A stretch of DNA of 64,000 nucleotides. Source: Podarcis erhardii (Eukaryota). Shown piece after piece: positions 12,629 through 24,957 of this stretch; position 1 is the first letter of the stretch, and each line of letters begins with the position of its first letter. The stretch lies in the NCBI GenBank assembly GCA_964252035.1, contig OZ176200.1. One strand, given 5' to 3'. Made by a program: the position numbers and the translations under genes. Below the pieces are notes generated by a model. The model was not told where the DNA came from. It did not search any database and saw only the letters and a list, made by a program, of their open reading frames with translations.

Positions 12629-12662
<34 letters not shown>
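12629..12662. repeat. (AT)17 tract, right flank of the Penelope-like insertion
   Basis: Direct reading. Confidence 0.95.
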
Positions 12663-12664
<2 letters not shown>

Positions 12665-12972
12665 CAGTGGAGTGCACTGTGTGTTAAATCCTGTGATATG
12701 CTCAGAGAATATGGTGTTGTGACAGTCACATAAATATTTTACTTAGAGCTAAAATTCAACAGCACAACTTAACTGGATAAAGGCGGTTTCTAGTGACTTA
12801 TCAGAGGGCAGTACAACTGACCTTAAGCAAAGTTCAGTTCATTACATTTGTGGCTGGCCTATTCGCCCTCCTGTCAGAAGCAAGACATTTATATTATGTC
12901 ATTGTCTGTAACTTGCATGCTGCATTCATGTTTATTGCGGTAAATGACAACTCTGTCTTGATTCCTCTTCAG

Positions 12973-13144
12973 CTGCTCAGAAGAAGCTAATGGCCGCACA
13001 AGCTCAGTTAAACCCTTCCACTGGTCCTGGGGCAGCAGAGTCTGTTGTGGAGACACGGACGACAGCAATGCAAATCACAAGGGACTTGCTTAGGAGCAAA
13101 GGCATCGCAGGACTTTATAAGGGACTTGGCGCTACGTTGCTAAG
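12973..13144 (+). CDS. SLC25A22: SLC25A22 internal exon ([10 protein letters not shown]...[23 protein letters not shown])
   Basis: AG at 12971-12972, GT at 13145, 172 nt. Phase is compatible with both neighbouring exons. Carrier motif GIAGLYKG. Confidence 0.97.
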
Positions 13145-13508
13145 GTAGGGCACCCCTTTAACCCTCTGGAGGACCTAAAATCCAAATGATGCCCAGTAGT
13201 CTGGGGTAACAACAAGGAATGAATAGGAACACCTGTTCCCTGGGTATTGACTCAGTTAGGGATGGGGACAGAGTGGGTAAGGGAGGGAGATGGCGATACA
13301 CTGCACTGGAGTTTCATAGTACTAAATGAGAACAGTGTAGAAAGAGAAATACCTGATGCATTTGAAAACTATGGAAAGGGGAATCTTCTTTCTGTGCACA
13401 ACTAACCACCCCTTACAACTGGCATGAGGCATGAGGCAGCTTGGTATTAAAGGACTAAAGGAAAGAGCTCTTCCCTTGTCCCTCATGGTCTTGCTTCTCC
13501 TTCTGCAG

Positions 13509-13663
13509 GGATGTACCGTTTTCCATTGTTTATTTTCCATTGTTTGCAAACCTGAACAAACTAGGGCAGACAACCCCAGATGTCAAGGCTCCATTCTATG
13601 TGTCCTTCCTTGCTGGGTGCCTGGCTGGCAGCACAGCAGCTGTAGCAGTGAATCCTTGTGACG
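13509..13663 (+). CDS. SLC25A22: SLC25A22 internal exon ([16 protein letters not shown]...AVAVNPCD)
   Basis: ttctgcAG acceptor, GTAGGT donor, 155 nt, frame continuous. Confidence 0.97.
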
Positions 13664-14623
13664 GTAGGTACTGCAGCAAAGTTCGGTCAAGGTGCTGTGC
13701 ATGTAAAATGTGGGGAGGTTCACCAGAACAGTTGGCAACAGGGGGAAACTGAGGAAAGAGTGTGAACACTGGTGTTTTTATGTTCTCACGAAGCACACTG
13801 TCACAGGAGGCAAGCTGGCATATAATGCAGTGGACTACAGCAGTGTTAAGAAAGAGGGGGGAAAGATCTAAGTTGCAAAGCACCCAATACCACAGTAAGA
13901 GAAGCTGCTATCCTGATTGTTCCAGCTAGTGGAGGTTTGTATACTTTCCACTTGAGAAAGAGAATTGAAGAGATGCAGTCAGCCACAGGCCCTTCTTGTA
14001 GAAAGGGGAAATTCTGTACTACAGATTATCTTTGAAGGAATGCTAAATGCATGTCAGATATAGAGGTGATCTCTGCCTGATCTCTTGCCATTTGATTGAG
14101 GGGCGGGGAGAACATCCTCAAAGCAACGAGGGGGCTTACAGCTCTCCTGAGCTAACCAGGGCTGTAGCCTGTTAAAGCATGTTTCTCCCTTGAAGAAGGG
14201 AGCCCTCAGGTACCACACCTTAACAGAGGAACATCTGAATCCTCCAGGGAGCAAATAGCTCCCATCAGCCACAGACTCAGGTAGCACTCATACACTAGAA
14301 ATGCATTGCAAGATTTTGTGGCAGAGTCCCACTTCTTTGTGATATAGTCAGAGTCTAAGAGCCTTGCAGTTGATGCAGAATGTGGCAGAGGTGCAGCATA
14401 ATGTGTTAAAGGAGGGAGGCAACTTCATCATAATGACAGAAGCAAATGAAGAGCTTAGTAAAAAGCATGTCTGGGTGATAAAGACTACCGGTAATCTGTT
14501 CATGGAGAGAGAGTTGTAAAAGGGGAGGTCATAAAAATCTCTTCCAACTTAGCAGTGCTGGGATACTTGTATATGCCTAAACAGCTAAAGGAAGCCTGGA
14601 GAAATTAATTAGATACAGACTAG

Positions 14624-14740
<117 letters not shown>

Positions 14741-15099
14741 TAAATGATCTTTTGAGAGTGATCAGCAATCGGCAAAACCTGGGTGTTTGTCCCAAGGATA
14801 CCAGTGAACACAGAGGCTTACTGCCAAAAGGATTGTGTTGCAGGCATAAAAACAGAATTTTACTCATATATGAATTTGATACATGTTTCTTGTGGGGGCT
14901 GCTGCTGCTGGATGTATCCAAATCCACTTTGATAAAACTGTGAGATTCTTATTAAAATACAGCGAACGAAATATGGTATAGTAACTATGGCAGCTTGCCT
15001 TGATGGCTATACACTTCCTCCAGGATTGGAGACGCCATAGTAGGCACAAGTTGCCAGTAGGTGTGGGGAACGACAGTAGAAGAGAGGCGGCGGTGGACT

Positions 15100-15195
15100 T
15101 ACTTCCCAGAGGCATCCAGTTGACTATTGCAGGGAACAGGATGCTGGACTAGATAGGCCCATGGTCTGATCCAGCAGGGCCCTTAGTTTTTTTTA
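15100..15195 (+). mobile_element. Squamate CR1-type 3' tail fragment
   Basis: aacaggatgctggactagataggcccatggtctgatccagcagggc motif. Related fragments lie near 5850-5940, 37683-37725, 41100-41280, 53050-53110 and 59770-59820. Confidence 0.55.
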
Positions 15196-15939
15196 ACTGG
15201 GCCCGTTGGTAGGTTCCAACCTTGAAGTGTGTCTCATCCTGCATCCAGTAGCAACTGGGAGGAAGGGATAGCACTGCTCACCTGAGCTCCCAGAGTCACT
15301 GCCACTTAGCAGCTTGGGGAAGGGTGAAGCAGCAGGGGGCTTGGCATGGGCATTGGTGCTGTGCAGGTATGCTGGCGGGAGTGCAAGATTGGCTCCACAG
15401 GGGCAACCACACACTGCTGGCATCCCCACTGCCTGGTCCCTCCCACTCTTCTCACCCATTAAGTGGCAGCAACTCCATCGCCAGGAAGTCAGACCCCTCC
15501 CCATCAGCTGCTGCTGCCTGCACCTCTCCCATCATTTATTTTGCATTGCTCTTAAAATCCACTACAAGCAAGCCTGGAAACCCACCCAGTGTTGTGTGTC
15601 CCAAACAAGGATGTGAAAATCACCTAGTCTGAGCTTTGTTTGGGCAAAGGCTGACACATATGTAAACGAAATTTGCAGCAGATAACCATTTTTATGCTAT
15701 TCCTGGCCAAATAGAAATTGAGATGAGCAGGAAATTGGTTTTTCATTGTACATGAAATGCCTTTGTAAAGTATGCTGCTCATGGGGGAAAGCCTGTTTGT
15801 TATAGATAACTGTGTGCTCTAAAGCAAAACGGGCGGGGCAAGCATGACTGAAGTAACAGATATTCTGATTGGCAACACTTAAATGGGAGTTGTGGTGAAC
15901 ACACGTAGTCTCATCTGATTTCTTTGTGTGCCTTTTTAG

Positions 15940-16093
15940 GAAAATCTGGCGGAATGAAGGTCCCACAGCCTTTTTGAAGGGGGCATATTGCAGAGCCCTG
16001 GTCATCGCCCCACTCTTTGGTATTGCACAAGTTGTGTATTTCATCGGCATTGCTGAATATTTCCTAGACATGCTTCCGATGCGCCGGGATTAA
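15940..16093 (+). CDS. SLC25A22: SLC25A22 last coding exon ([50 protein letters not shown])
   Basis: cctttttAG acceptor, stop TAA at 16091-16093. Matches the recalled human C-terminus. Confidence 0.97.
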
Positions 16094-16512
16094 CCCCTCA
16101 CACCTCTCCCCATCCAATTGGAATTCATCATAGTATTCTTTGTCACCGTGCTATCAGAGCAACAGCACAAGGAGTTAAAACAGTAATGGGGGGGGGAATG
16201 AATGTTGTCTCCAAACCAAGTCCCCCCCCTCCAGTCAACATGGCCTCACCATTATGCCAGGGAAGATACCTGATTATGCATATCTCCTTTCTAATTATCA
16301 ATCTCAAAAGACACTGGTTAGCACAGACTGTCTTACAGACCTGCTTTTTCTCCTCTTGGCTAGGGGAGAATGACCAACAAATCAAGAAAGAGCAAAGGAC
16401 TTTCCTCCCCCACCCCCACCCATTCTTGGTTTCAGGCCTCTGGGGAAGCCAAGGGGCTGCTATCCATTAAAGGGAGGCCAGTTTGTCATTCGAAAAGGCG
16501 GGTAATTTCTGA

Positions 16513-16518
16513 AATAAA
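16513..16518 (+). terminator. Candidate proximal polyadenylation signal of SLC25A22
   Basis: AATAAA about 420 nt after the stop, followed by U/GU-rich tgttttgttttcatgt. Confidence 0.5.
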
Positions 16519-17756
16519 AATGTTTTGTTTTCATGTAGGTCTTCTAAACATCCCTCTCCTAAATTAGCTGGACTGAAGTGAACTCTTTGGATATCAAAGG
16601 AGGAGGGGAAAGGGAAAGGCGCATTTTGTATTTAGAATTTGTGAAAGGGACTGCCTTCCTGAATGAGTGTGCACAGGTGAAATGTCCTCCCTGCAGATGT
16701 GCACTCAACTGCTAAGGAGCTGCATCTGTGGAAACACAGTGCTGTCCAGTGTCGCAAACTAGCTGAGCCATTGTGATAGGGAAGAACTGAATAATTTTGG
16801 GATCAATTTTTTTTTAAATCATGCTGGATTAAAAACAAAAAAACCCCCAACCCAGTAATACATTCCTTTCAATCAGCCTAGTTGATGCTGGTAATGCTGC
16901 TGTTCCACCCAGTGTTTCAGTTGTCTGTGTTTTGACCTGTACGTGTATTCCTTTCCTGTTTCCCTCTGGGAGCACAAATAATGCCAAAGGGTTACTTAGG
17001 GAAAGCTGATCTCTGATGTGGCTGTAAACACTGCAGAATGCCAGATGGCATAGAAAGACTTAGCTTAGCTGAAATCAGTGGAAATAATCTTGCACATTTC
17101 TTGAGGTTCAGTTGCACCGAAGTCAAAGAATTATGCTATATTCATACCAGTTCTTTACTGGCCTGCAATGATAAATTTTTTAAGGGTGCCAGCTAGTTTT
17201 CCTATTCAGACCAAAACTGACAGCAGAAGGTGGCTTGTTAACCTCCACAGGGCTCTCCATATCTCTTATGTTCTCTCTCAGAGATAGAAGCTTGGTTTTC
17301 TTCTGTTTGTTTCAACAGTTACTCTTCCATCAGAGCAAAGTAACCCAAGTATCAAAATCAATGCTAATTCTGGTAATTTCCCCTTTATTTCTATTTCCTG
17401 CTTCTCAGGTGCTGACACAGTGCTGCCTGCAACATTGCAGGGAAATATTTTATATTTTTAAAAAAATCTGTTAAAGTTTTGCAAATTCCTTTTTTTTTTT
17501 TTTGAGGGGGTGGGGCAGTCTGATTTTGGAGGATAGCGTGTTTAAGAGACATTCCCCCCCTCCTGCAACTTGGACTTTGTCTTCTTGTTGCTGCGCCTCA
17601 ATACTTCTTATATCCCATTCCAAAGAAATGAAATGAATTAGGTATGCAGATGGTGTGGCTATTTACATTTGCCTTTGGAGATGTCTTAAATGTTCCTAAT
17701 GCCCATGTCACTGTTGGCTAGGCTAGGCCAGACGCAGAAGAGGAAAGGAACTCTGC

Positions 17757-17866
17757 ACCTTGAATAGCTGTGTAGAAGAGGGAAGCATCAGCGGATGTTT
17801 CTTGTTATGAAAGCTGCACCTGTTGTGACATTCCCTCTTCTACACAAATATTAAAGGTACAGGAGC
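17757..17866. mobile_element. Palindromic squamate MITE-like repeat
   Basis: Perfect 16-nt inverted core tgtgtagaagagggaa (17769-17784) / ttccctcttctacaca (17831-17846) with extended imperfect arms. A degraded relative lies at about 37150-37285. Confidence 0.6.
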
Positions 17867-20800
17867 CCCTCTCTTGTCTTACATCTGGCCCTCCTATTGT
17901 TGGACCCTTTGAGTTAGCAGGGGGAGATGTTTTATTTATTTTAAAAATATGGCACTTTTTTTTTTACTTTTCCATCGTATGAAAACAAGGCCTGAAGAAT
18001 GTGGGGTTTTAAAGCATGGTTTCCTTGCTTATCTTGAACATTAAATGTTAGAATCATTACGTTTTAGAAGACTGATTGTCGGACTGATGGTGCTGACTCA
18101 CAAAATAACAGAAAGAAATTGCTGGAACTGGTTTATAATAGGAGCTGCATCTAATAATTTAATTTGCTTCATTTAATGCTGCTTTTTCATCACTGTAAGC
18201 CCTTGTTTACTTTCACATCTAATCATCATTTAAAACTCTATTGCAATGTCTGTCTTGCTTAAATGACCAAATGCCGCTTTGAAAGAGGAGGCCTTAAAGG
18301 ACTCGCTGCTGCTGCCGCCGCTGCCACCACATGTCTGAGCCCACCATGAGACTACAGATTCTCTGTCAAGGCCTGGAACATCTGCACTGATGTGCTTTGG
18401 TATTTCTGAAGTAGAAATCAAACAATGATTTAGTGTTTTAAGAAGCACAATCTTCAGGATTAGTTTTTTGCACTTTAAAAAGAAAGAGCAGCGGGGACCT
18501 CATTTTAAAGCAACCCCTTGCAAGAAAACTTTTTTTAACAATACTTTTGTCACATGAAGGAAAACTGAAGTGGTACCCAAAATGTAATCTAATGGTGTGT
18601 GAGAGATTTTATGGTTTGAAGCTTTATTTTAATGACAGGTGAACCTTTGTCCAGGTGAAAACAAGGGTTTATGTAAAAATACTGATAAAAAGAAAATATC
18701 TGTGCCTAAATAAAACAGGCTCCAGTTAGCAATGCTACCACTAAGGCAGCTGCTGCTTGCTTGCCAGGAGATTTTCCTGCTGAGATGTGGCTCAGCACTG
18801 TTGCTAGTAAAGGGAAAAGGCACTACTTGTTTTTTGCATGAATACTCCTAAGCCCCAATTTTAGTGTAGCATGACCAAGCTAATAAAGCAGAGTGGTGTT
18901 GTTTTCCAGTCCTTCATGCTAGCTGTCAATTGAAATGTTTAATGCTGGCATTCTTATTGTTGCAAACTTAGAATATGTCCACATTTCAGACACACATCGT
19001 TCAAACATGTTGAATTAAACATTTAAAATGATTGTGGTGCATCAGCAGTGTAGATAAAGCTTTATCACGTTTCATATTAAATTTTATTGTGAGTTTTCAA
19101 CATAAGATAACAATAAAAAACCAAACTAATCTAAAGAAAGATAATGATAAACAAGACAGGAAGCAGAAATAAAGAAAAGAGGGGGGACACTATATGTATA
19201 TATAAAACCAAGCCCTCTGTCACGATTATGTCTTGATCCTTATTCCACATACAGAAGAGTTAACCCTCCCAGCTCTCACCTTAGAGCTTTCCCCTCTTCC
19301 ATCAGCTTCACATCCTGAGGAAACCTCTCTGGCCTGCATCTCATGCACGTCCCTTCTAGAGAAAGCTCTAAGAGGCCCTTGTGTTTTCATGGAACCACAC
19401 TTCACTCGGTTCCTACTGAAGTTCCTACAGAAGCTGTGAATCATTTGAATTTACAATGTGGAGATAGCCTAAAATCATTGCTTCCTAAGCTTTCTGGCTC
19501 CTAAGGACTTATTGGCCAACATGTCTACAGTCCACATTAAGAAAGGAAGAAAGAAAGAAAAATCTAATGAGGTCATTTCAGGCATATCTGTGAGTGGTGG
19601 AAGTCTGCAATTCAGTTCTTGCTCCTATAGATTAGGGCTTTCAAGCAGAAGGTCCAGAGGCCTTATGGGTCCTCTGAGGTCCAAGGAATCCTATTTTAGT
19701 CCAGAGCTAATTTGAGTTTGATAGTGTAGATAGTGATCCTTCAGGTGTAGGGAGGTCTGTATTACAATCTCCAACACTTATGCCATAAACACAGACCTAT
19801 CAAGCTCTGTGCATGCCCTTCTATTCTAAGTAAATTTGGAGTAATGCTTAGATGTGTACTTGCAATCACCAGTGTGAATTATAGTTCCCATTCTAAACAT
19901 AATCGTGCACTGAAATAATAAAACCCACATTTTAGTCTCTCTTAACTACACTTTTGTACTAGTAATAAGGCTGGTTAAAGTCTGCTAAGGGGTAACAAGT
20001 ATCTTAGCCATTCCATGCTAACTGGGAAGCAAGCAGATTTTGAGGACAATAGCCCATGCTTTAAGTAGGGAATAGTGGCACCAATCTGTGTCGGCGGTAA
20101 AAAGTTACAAGTTTTCAGTTCAGCAGAGTTCAAGGAAGCTCTAGAGACCAAATGGTACAAATATCCTTCAAGAAAAAAAAATGAAATGCTGAGCTGTTCA
20201 GTTTTAAAAATCTAAATCTAAATCAAAATGGGTACCTGGAATGCAGTTGAGGATCCTGAGGTCCACATCTCATGATTCTCAAATATGCCAGTGAGGGAGA
20301 ATGTGCATGACTTTTTTATTATAGAAAAAAACTGTTATGTGGTTACTTTTCTGAGTCATTCCGTTGTGAAACTCCCCCAACCCGTCCTATGAATGTTGCC
20401 CCCTAAGTGTTTAGCTATGACTTAAAATAAATTTTGTTTTGGATTGTTTCTTAGCATAATGTTAAATAGAAATTTTGCTGTATGAGAATGACTGGGAATG
20501 TTGCAGTGCTGACATTCTCTTTTCACGTGATTGTATAAACTCATGTGAACATGCAGTCTTCACTCAGGCATGTTTCAGCCAAAAATAATTCTGAGGCAAG
20601 AGTGCTGTGCAAAGTCCAGTGTGAGGTAAAAACAAGCAAACCAGAGTTTAATTTGTGTGTGTGTGTGTGTGTGTAAAACAGATTTTTATTTTCTTAAACT
20701 TAATTTATCATTAAAATCAATTTTTAAATACCATACTAAATTAAGCAGGTAACCTAATAAAATGAATTAAAAAAACCCAACTGTGTCTGGCTTGCCTGTT

Positions 20801-21289
20801 ATATGTATCTTACCCTTTGAGATTCTCAATAGAGCAACCAGATCCTGTAAAAATGTGTTGGGGTTTTTTTTACGCAATTGATTATAATGAACTAATCATT
20901 GCAACATGACTAGTATCGGGTCTTAGGGAAGGAGTAAACAATCAACACAAGCTTCCTCATGTGATCTCAGAAGTTTTTGCCAATCACTGGACTTTTAATA
21001 GGTAACAATTTGACAGAAATGCCGTCCTCTCATGAAGTTTGTTTACTTTGGGCTATTCCTAGGCATATGTTGCTTCTAAAAGGCTCCCTATTTTTCACTC
21101 CCATTTATAGGTCTCATTTTAAAAGTTAACTTCACAAGGTTGCATCTTAAATGCTAACTAATAACCCTTCAGGCTACCAAGTGTATGTCTAGGATGTTGA
21201 ATATGTGTTCACACACTTCCACTAGAATTGGCTGTCCTTTCTGCTTTAAATATGTTTTACTCTATTAAAAATAACATAATCATCAGGAA

Positions 21290-21478
21290 GAATTTTCTGA
21301 CAGTAAGAACTGTTTGACACTGCAGCAGACACCAACAAGAGGAGGTGGACTCTCCTTCCTTGGAGGTTTTTAAGCAGAGGTTGGATGGCCATCTGTCATG
21401 GATGCTTTAGTTGAGACCCCTGCATTGGACTAGATGACCCTCAGGGTCATTTCCAACTATAGTTCTATAATTCTATGT
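21290..21478 (+). mobile_element. CR1 LINE 3' end
   Basis: ggtggactctccttccttggaggtttttaagcagaggttggatggccatctgtc...ggactagatgaccctc...ccaac followed by the octamer-type tail ttctataattctatg, typical of CR1. Confidence 0.85.
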
Positions 21479-22324
21479 TAATTGGCTTTCTTTCTAAGTA
21501 ACCCAAGTCCCTTTTTTGTGTGTGTTGATGCTTGGATTTATGGAAGCAGGTAAACTCCAGCTGGCTTCTATTCCTGCCACTGAGATGATGTAACCATGAA
21601 GTAGAATTCTGGCCATTCTTGTGTTTCATTATTCCATCTAGTTTATATTTAAGGATGATATATAGTGGACTTCTGGAAGCACTTTCACACAGAAAGATGG
21701 GAGAACTTTCAGAAGACAACATATGAAATGAGAAAATGCCACATTGCCCATTTTCCAATGGAAATAGCTGTGTGAACTGGTGCTTTGAAGCTTAGCATTC
21801 CTCCATTACGTTTAGAACAAAGTCTAAGGATCCTTCCCTCATTAGGGTTCCATCTGTCACACTAGAACCATCAAAGTTGCTCGATGCCCAGTCAGTGTTC
21901 CCTGCATATTAAAATATTGTGCTTTCACATCCAGTCTGCGAATCCAAATTCTGTTGTGTAAATAAAAATTAACTGGAACATGTTGTGTACTAGTAAGAAC
22001 AATACAGTTAAGGCAATAACTTCCCTTCATGTGAAATTACCTCACAGGAGCTCTGTACTTTTGTGTTCTACTTATGCCCATCTTTTAGATATTATATAGG
22101 TGCAGGATATTTGCTAGTATTAAAGTTTTGAGGTCTCCCCCAGTATCTGTGTTAGGCTATCAGCTTTCAGGCCACAAATAGTCCCCCCCCCCCATGGAAA
22201 TGGACCAGGAATGGTGTGACACAAGGCTCACACATGTCTGACTTTAAGCTTGGTTCTTTACTACAGCTAGTCAACACTGAAGATAACAGAACACTGCCGT
22301 TGGCTGGGGGATCTGACAGTGACT

Positions 22325-22500
22325 GCTTTGTACTGTGTCAGAGCAATGGTCCATCTAACTCAGTGTTGTCTACACTGACAGGCAGCAGCTCTCCAGGGTT
22401 TCAGATGGTACATTTCCACCCCTACCTGAATATGCCCAGGATTGAATCCGGGACTTTCTAGATGTAAAGCAGATGTTCTACCACACTGAGTTATGGCCTT
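22325..22500 (-). mobile_element. tRNA-headed squamate SINE (Squam3-like)
   Basis: Minus strand starts ggccataactcagtgtggtagaacatctgcttt...ggattcaatcc (A- and B-box-like), followed by the body ccctggagagctgctgcc...gtagacaacactgagttagatggacc. Confidence 0.65.
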
Positions 22501-23244
22501 TCTCCACCTAACTAATAAGGGTAGCTTCTCATGTGAATTTAGCCATGAGTGTTCAGATATTTTTTCCTCTGCCATGGCTGCTTCTCACTGACACTACTGT
22601 GAATTTATGTAAATGCTTCGGGATCATGGCTTACTTTTCTTCTCCATTTTGTGAAACTAAGCTGTTTGACCTTTGGACCCAAGCCACTTCTATCACATGA
22701 GTGGAAGGCATGTGTGTGCATGTTTGTGTGTGTGCTGTGTCTGTCTGTCCATAGACAGCCTCCTTATGCTCCTTGACATGCCATCCTGGAGCGTCCCTGA
22801 CTCTGGAACCAGTATGCATAGGGACATGGGGGCTGCAGATGAGGGAGCATTAGCCTTTGTGAGAACCATGACTAAGCTGTGTAACTTGCTGGTACTTGTG
22901 GCAATGGAGTCTGCAACACATAATAGGCAATCGAGCATCACTTGACTCCCATCTTTCAGTGACTGCAGAAGCTATTGGATGTTGGGGAGGGTGGAACGCG
23001 TGAAGAGAGAACACAACAAAGTGTTGACTGGACTGTGAAATAGTGCTGATGCATCCCCAAACCTCATTTTCTATTGACAAAGTGAATTAATTGCCTTTGT
23101 GAACCACACATGTGACACAATAAGCTCCTAGTTTGTTGATGTTCAGCCACCAAAACCTGAACTGTTGGCAATTAGCATGATAGGGTTTTTCAAGCTATCA
23201 CGTGAAGGAAGCTGAAAAACAACCTGAGTCTGTGTACCAGTGTC

Positions 23245-23430
23245 ATTTATTGATTTGTTTAATTTATATCCCTTTTCTCCAAGGAACCCAAGGTGGTTAA
23301 CATGACTGTCCCTTCCCTGTTTTTCCTCACAACAGCCCTGTGAGGTAAGTTAAGCTGAGAGATGACCCAGTGAATTTCATGGCTGAGCAGGGTTTTGAAC
23401 CCTGGTCTCCTAGGTCTTAGTCCAACACTC
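23245..23430 (-). mobile_element. Old MIR/CORE-type SINE fragment
   Basis: cctcacaacagccctgtgaggtaagttaagctgagagatgacccagtgaatttcatggctgagcagggttttgaaccctggtctcc resembles the MIR core. Confidence 0.6.
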
Positions 23431-24957
23431 CTGTGGCTATGATGTGCATAGTTGCTGGGGGAAGAGAAATTAGAGAAAATTCTGAGTTATTATGTGCAGG
23501 TTTTCAACAGTGTTTTCAGTGCGAGGACTGAGGGATGTGATGAAGAGTCCTGAGGTCCAAGAAGGATATGATATAACTGGAAACCACGTGAAGAAATGTA
23601 CAGGGAAAACAAGTGAAGGGTGAAGGTGAAGTGTGTGAAAATAGTCTATTCTAGGGAACGAGATGAATCACATCTCCTCTCTAGAATGACATTAGCATTG
23701 TCCCCTGCCCAATGCTAAACTGGACTGCACAGGACCGAAAGCTCATCTGGAAGGGGAGCTGAAGTCTTCACTTTAAATGTGTTGCTGCGTTACAGCTTCA
23801 CTGAAAGACTGAAACGCCATGTATTTTTAATGTCTCCAAGGTCACGTTTCTTCCTGATTAGCCTACTTCCGTCTGTTCCTTTCTTTCTCCGCGCAATGTC
23901 TGAGCTTGCTTCTCTACCCAGTCATGAAATCAAATGTCAGAAACTACTCGGCCACAAAGCAATCCCATAGGGACGCCTGACCCACTTCTGTAAATATGCA
24001 TCTGGTTTAGGTTGTTGGCTTTTCTTATTCCAAGGGTACATACAGATGGATCTTTACATGGGGGTTGCCTGGGCTTTTTCTCCCACAGGTCAAGCCCTTG
24101 CTCCCTGCTCATATTCCTCTCATGTTTGACAAAGAGTACTTATCACTTAGTCAAACAGAGCTCAATTATCTCTCTTGCTGCTCCCACCAATCTTCAGGTA
24201 GTTTAAAAAAAGAAGCCAGAGCATGACTTCATTTTAAATAAGGGTATTATTATTATTTTCTTTTTTAAAGTATGCCACACTGCTCTAGGGGTGGGAAGGA
24301 GACAGATTTGTCACACCACAAGCACCAACCAATATCTGTTGTGTGCAGTCGATTTTGGTTGGCAGAACTTATTTTTCCAGAGCTCAAAAGGGAATTGTAT
24401 AGTGTATAGAACATGGTGAAGGTGCTTCTCCAGCAGGTGAGCTGTTTAAACAACATGTCTGTATGCAACTCAGAAAGGACCAAGTCTTAGTTTCCTGCCA
24501 TCATTTTTAATAGTGGCAACAGAAGCACAGATCAAGGAGCCAGAAAACCTTTCTTTGTCAATTCGATTCACCACTCTCTTGCTTTCTATCATCTAAACTG
24601 GAAGGGTAGTTAGTTCTGGTTCTTGTTTGTTTGTTTATTAAAATGTCACATTTTAAACCTGAGCTTTCAGGAATCGTAAAATAATGTATGTGGAAATGAA
24701 GAATTTATCAACTTGTGATTTAAATAGAGATAAAAATATAGATTCGCAGTCACAGAGTTGGCTACACTTTTTTATTTATTTCATCAGCTGGCTGTGATCC
24801 AGAAAGCACCATCTTGGCATTGCACAAGGGTATATACACATGTGTGCAAAAAATGCTCTGTGGAATGGAACAATTTTTCTCTCTTGTCTGAAGCAAGGCC
24901 ATTCCAATCAGTTGAACAAATACTATGAGCGAATAGGAGGGGCTGTTACCTCCACTT

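Larger units (their letters stand above)
11123..12630. mobile_element. Penelope-like retroelement, 5'-truncated, with inverted pseudo-LTR (arms 11151-11795 and 11986-12630)
   Basis: The arms are reverse complements (paired coordinates sum to 23781). The ORF track gives identical peptides from both arms in several frames and spot checks were identical. The spacer and right arm encode a GIY-YIG C-terminal region. Inverted pseudo-LTRs are an established feature of Penelope-like elements. Confidence 0.9.

Noticed and set aside
10944-12677. ORFs 10944-11234, 11074-11451, 11224-11661, 11475-11807, 11908-12306 and 12330-12677
   Set aside because: Mirror or alternative-frame products of the inverted repeat and (AT)n tracts (IYIYIY), not independent genes.
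22673-22945. Overlapping ORFs on both strands, with an acceptor-like ctgtccatAG
   Set aside because: No recognisable homology, no convincing donor or partner exons, and the start lies in (TG)-rich low-complexity sequence.
23537-23553. C-box-like GTGATGA followed by CTGA (possible C/D snoRNA)
   Set aside because: The boxes are too close together, and there is no terminal D box or terminal stem at the expected distance.
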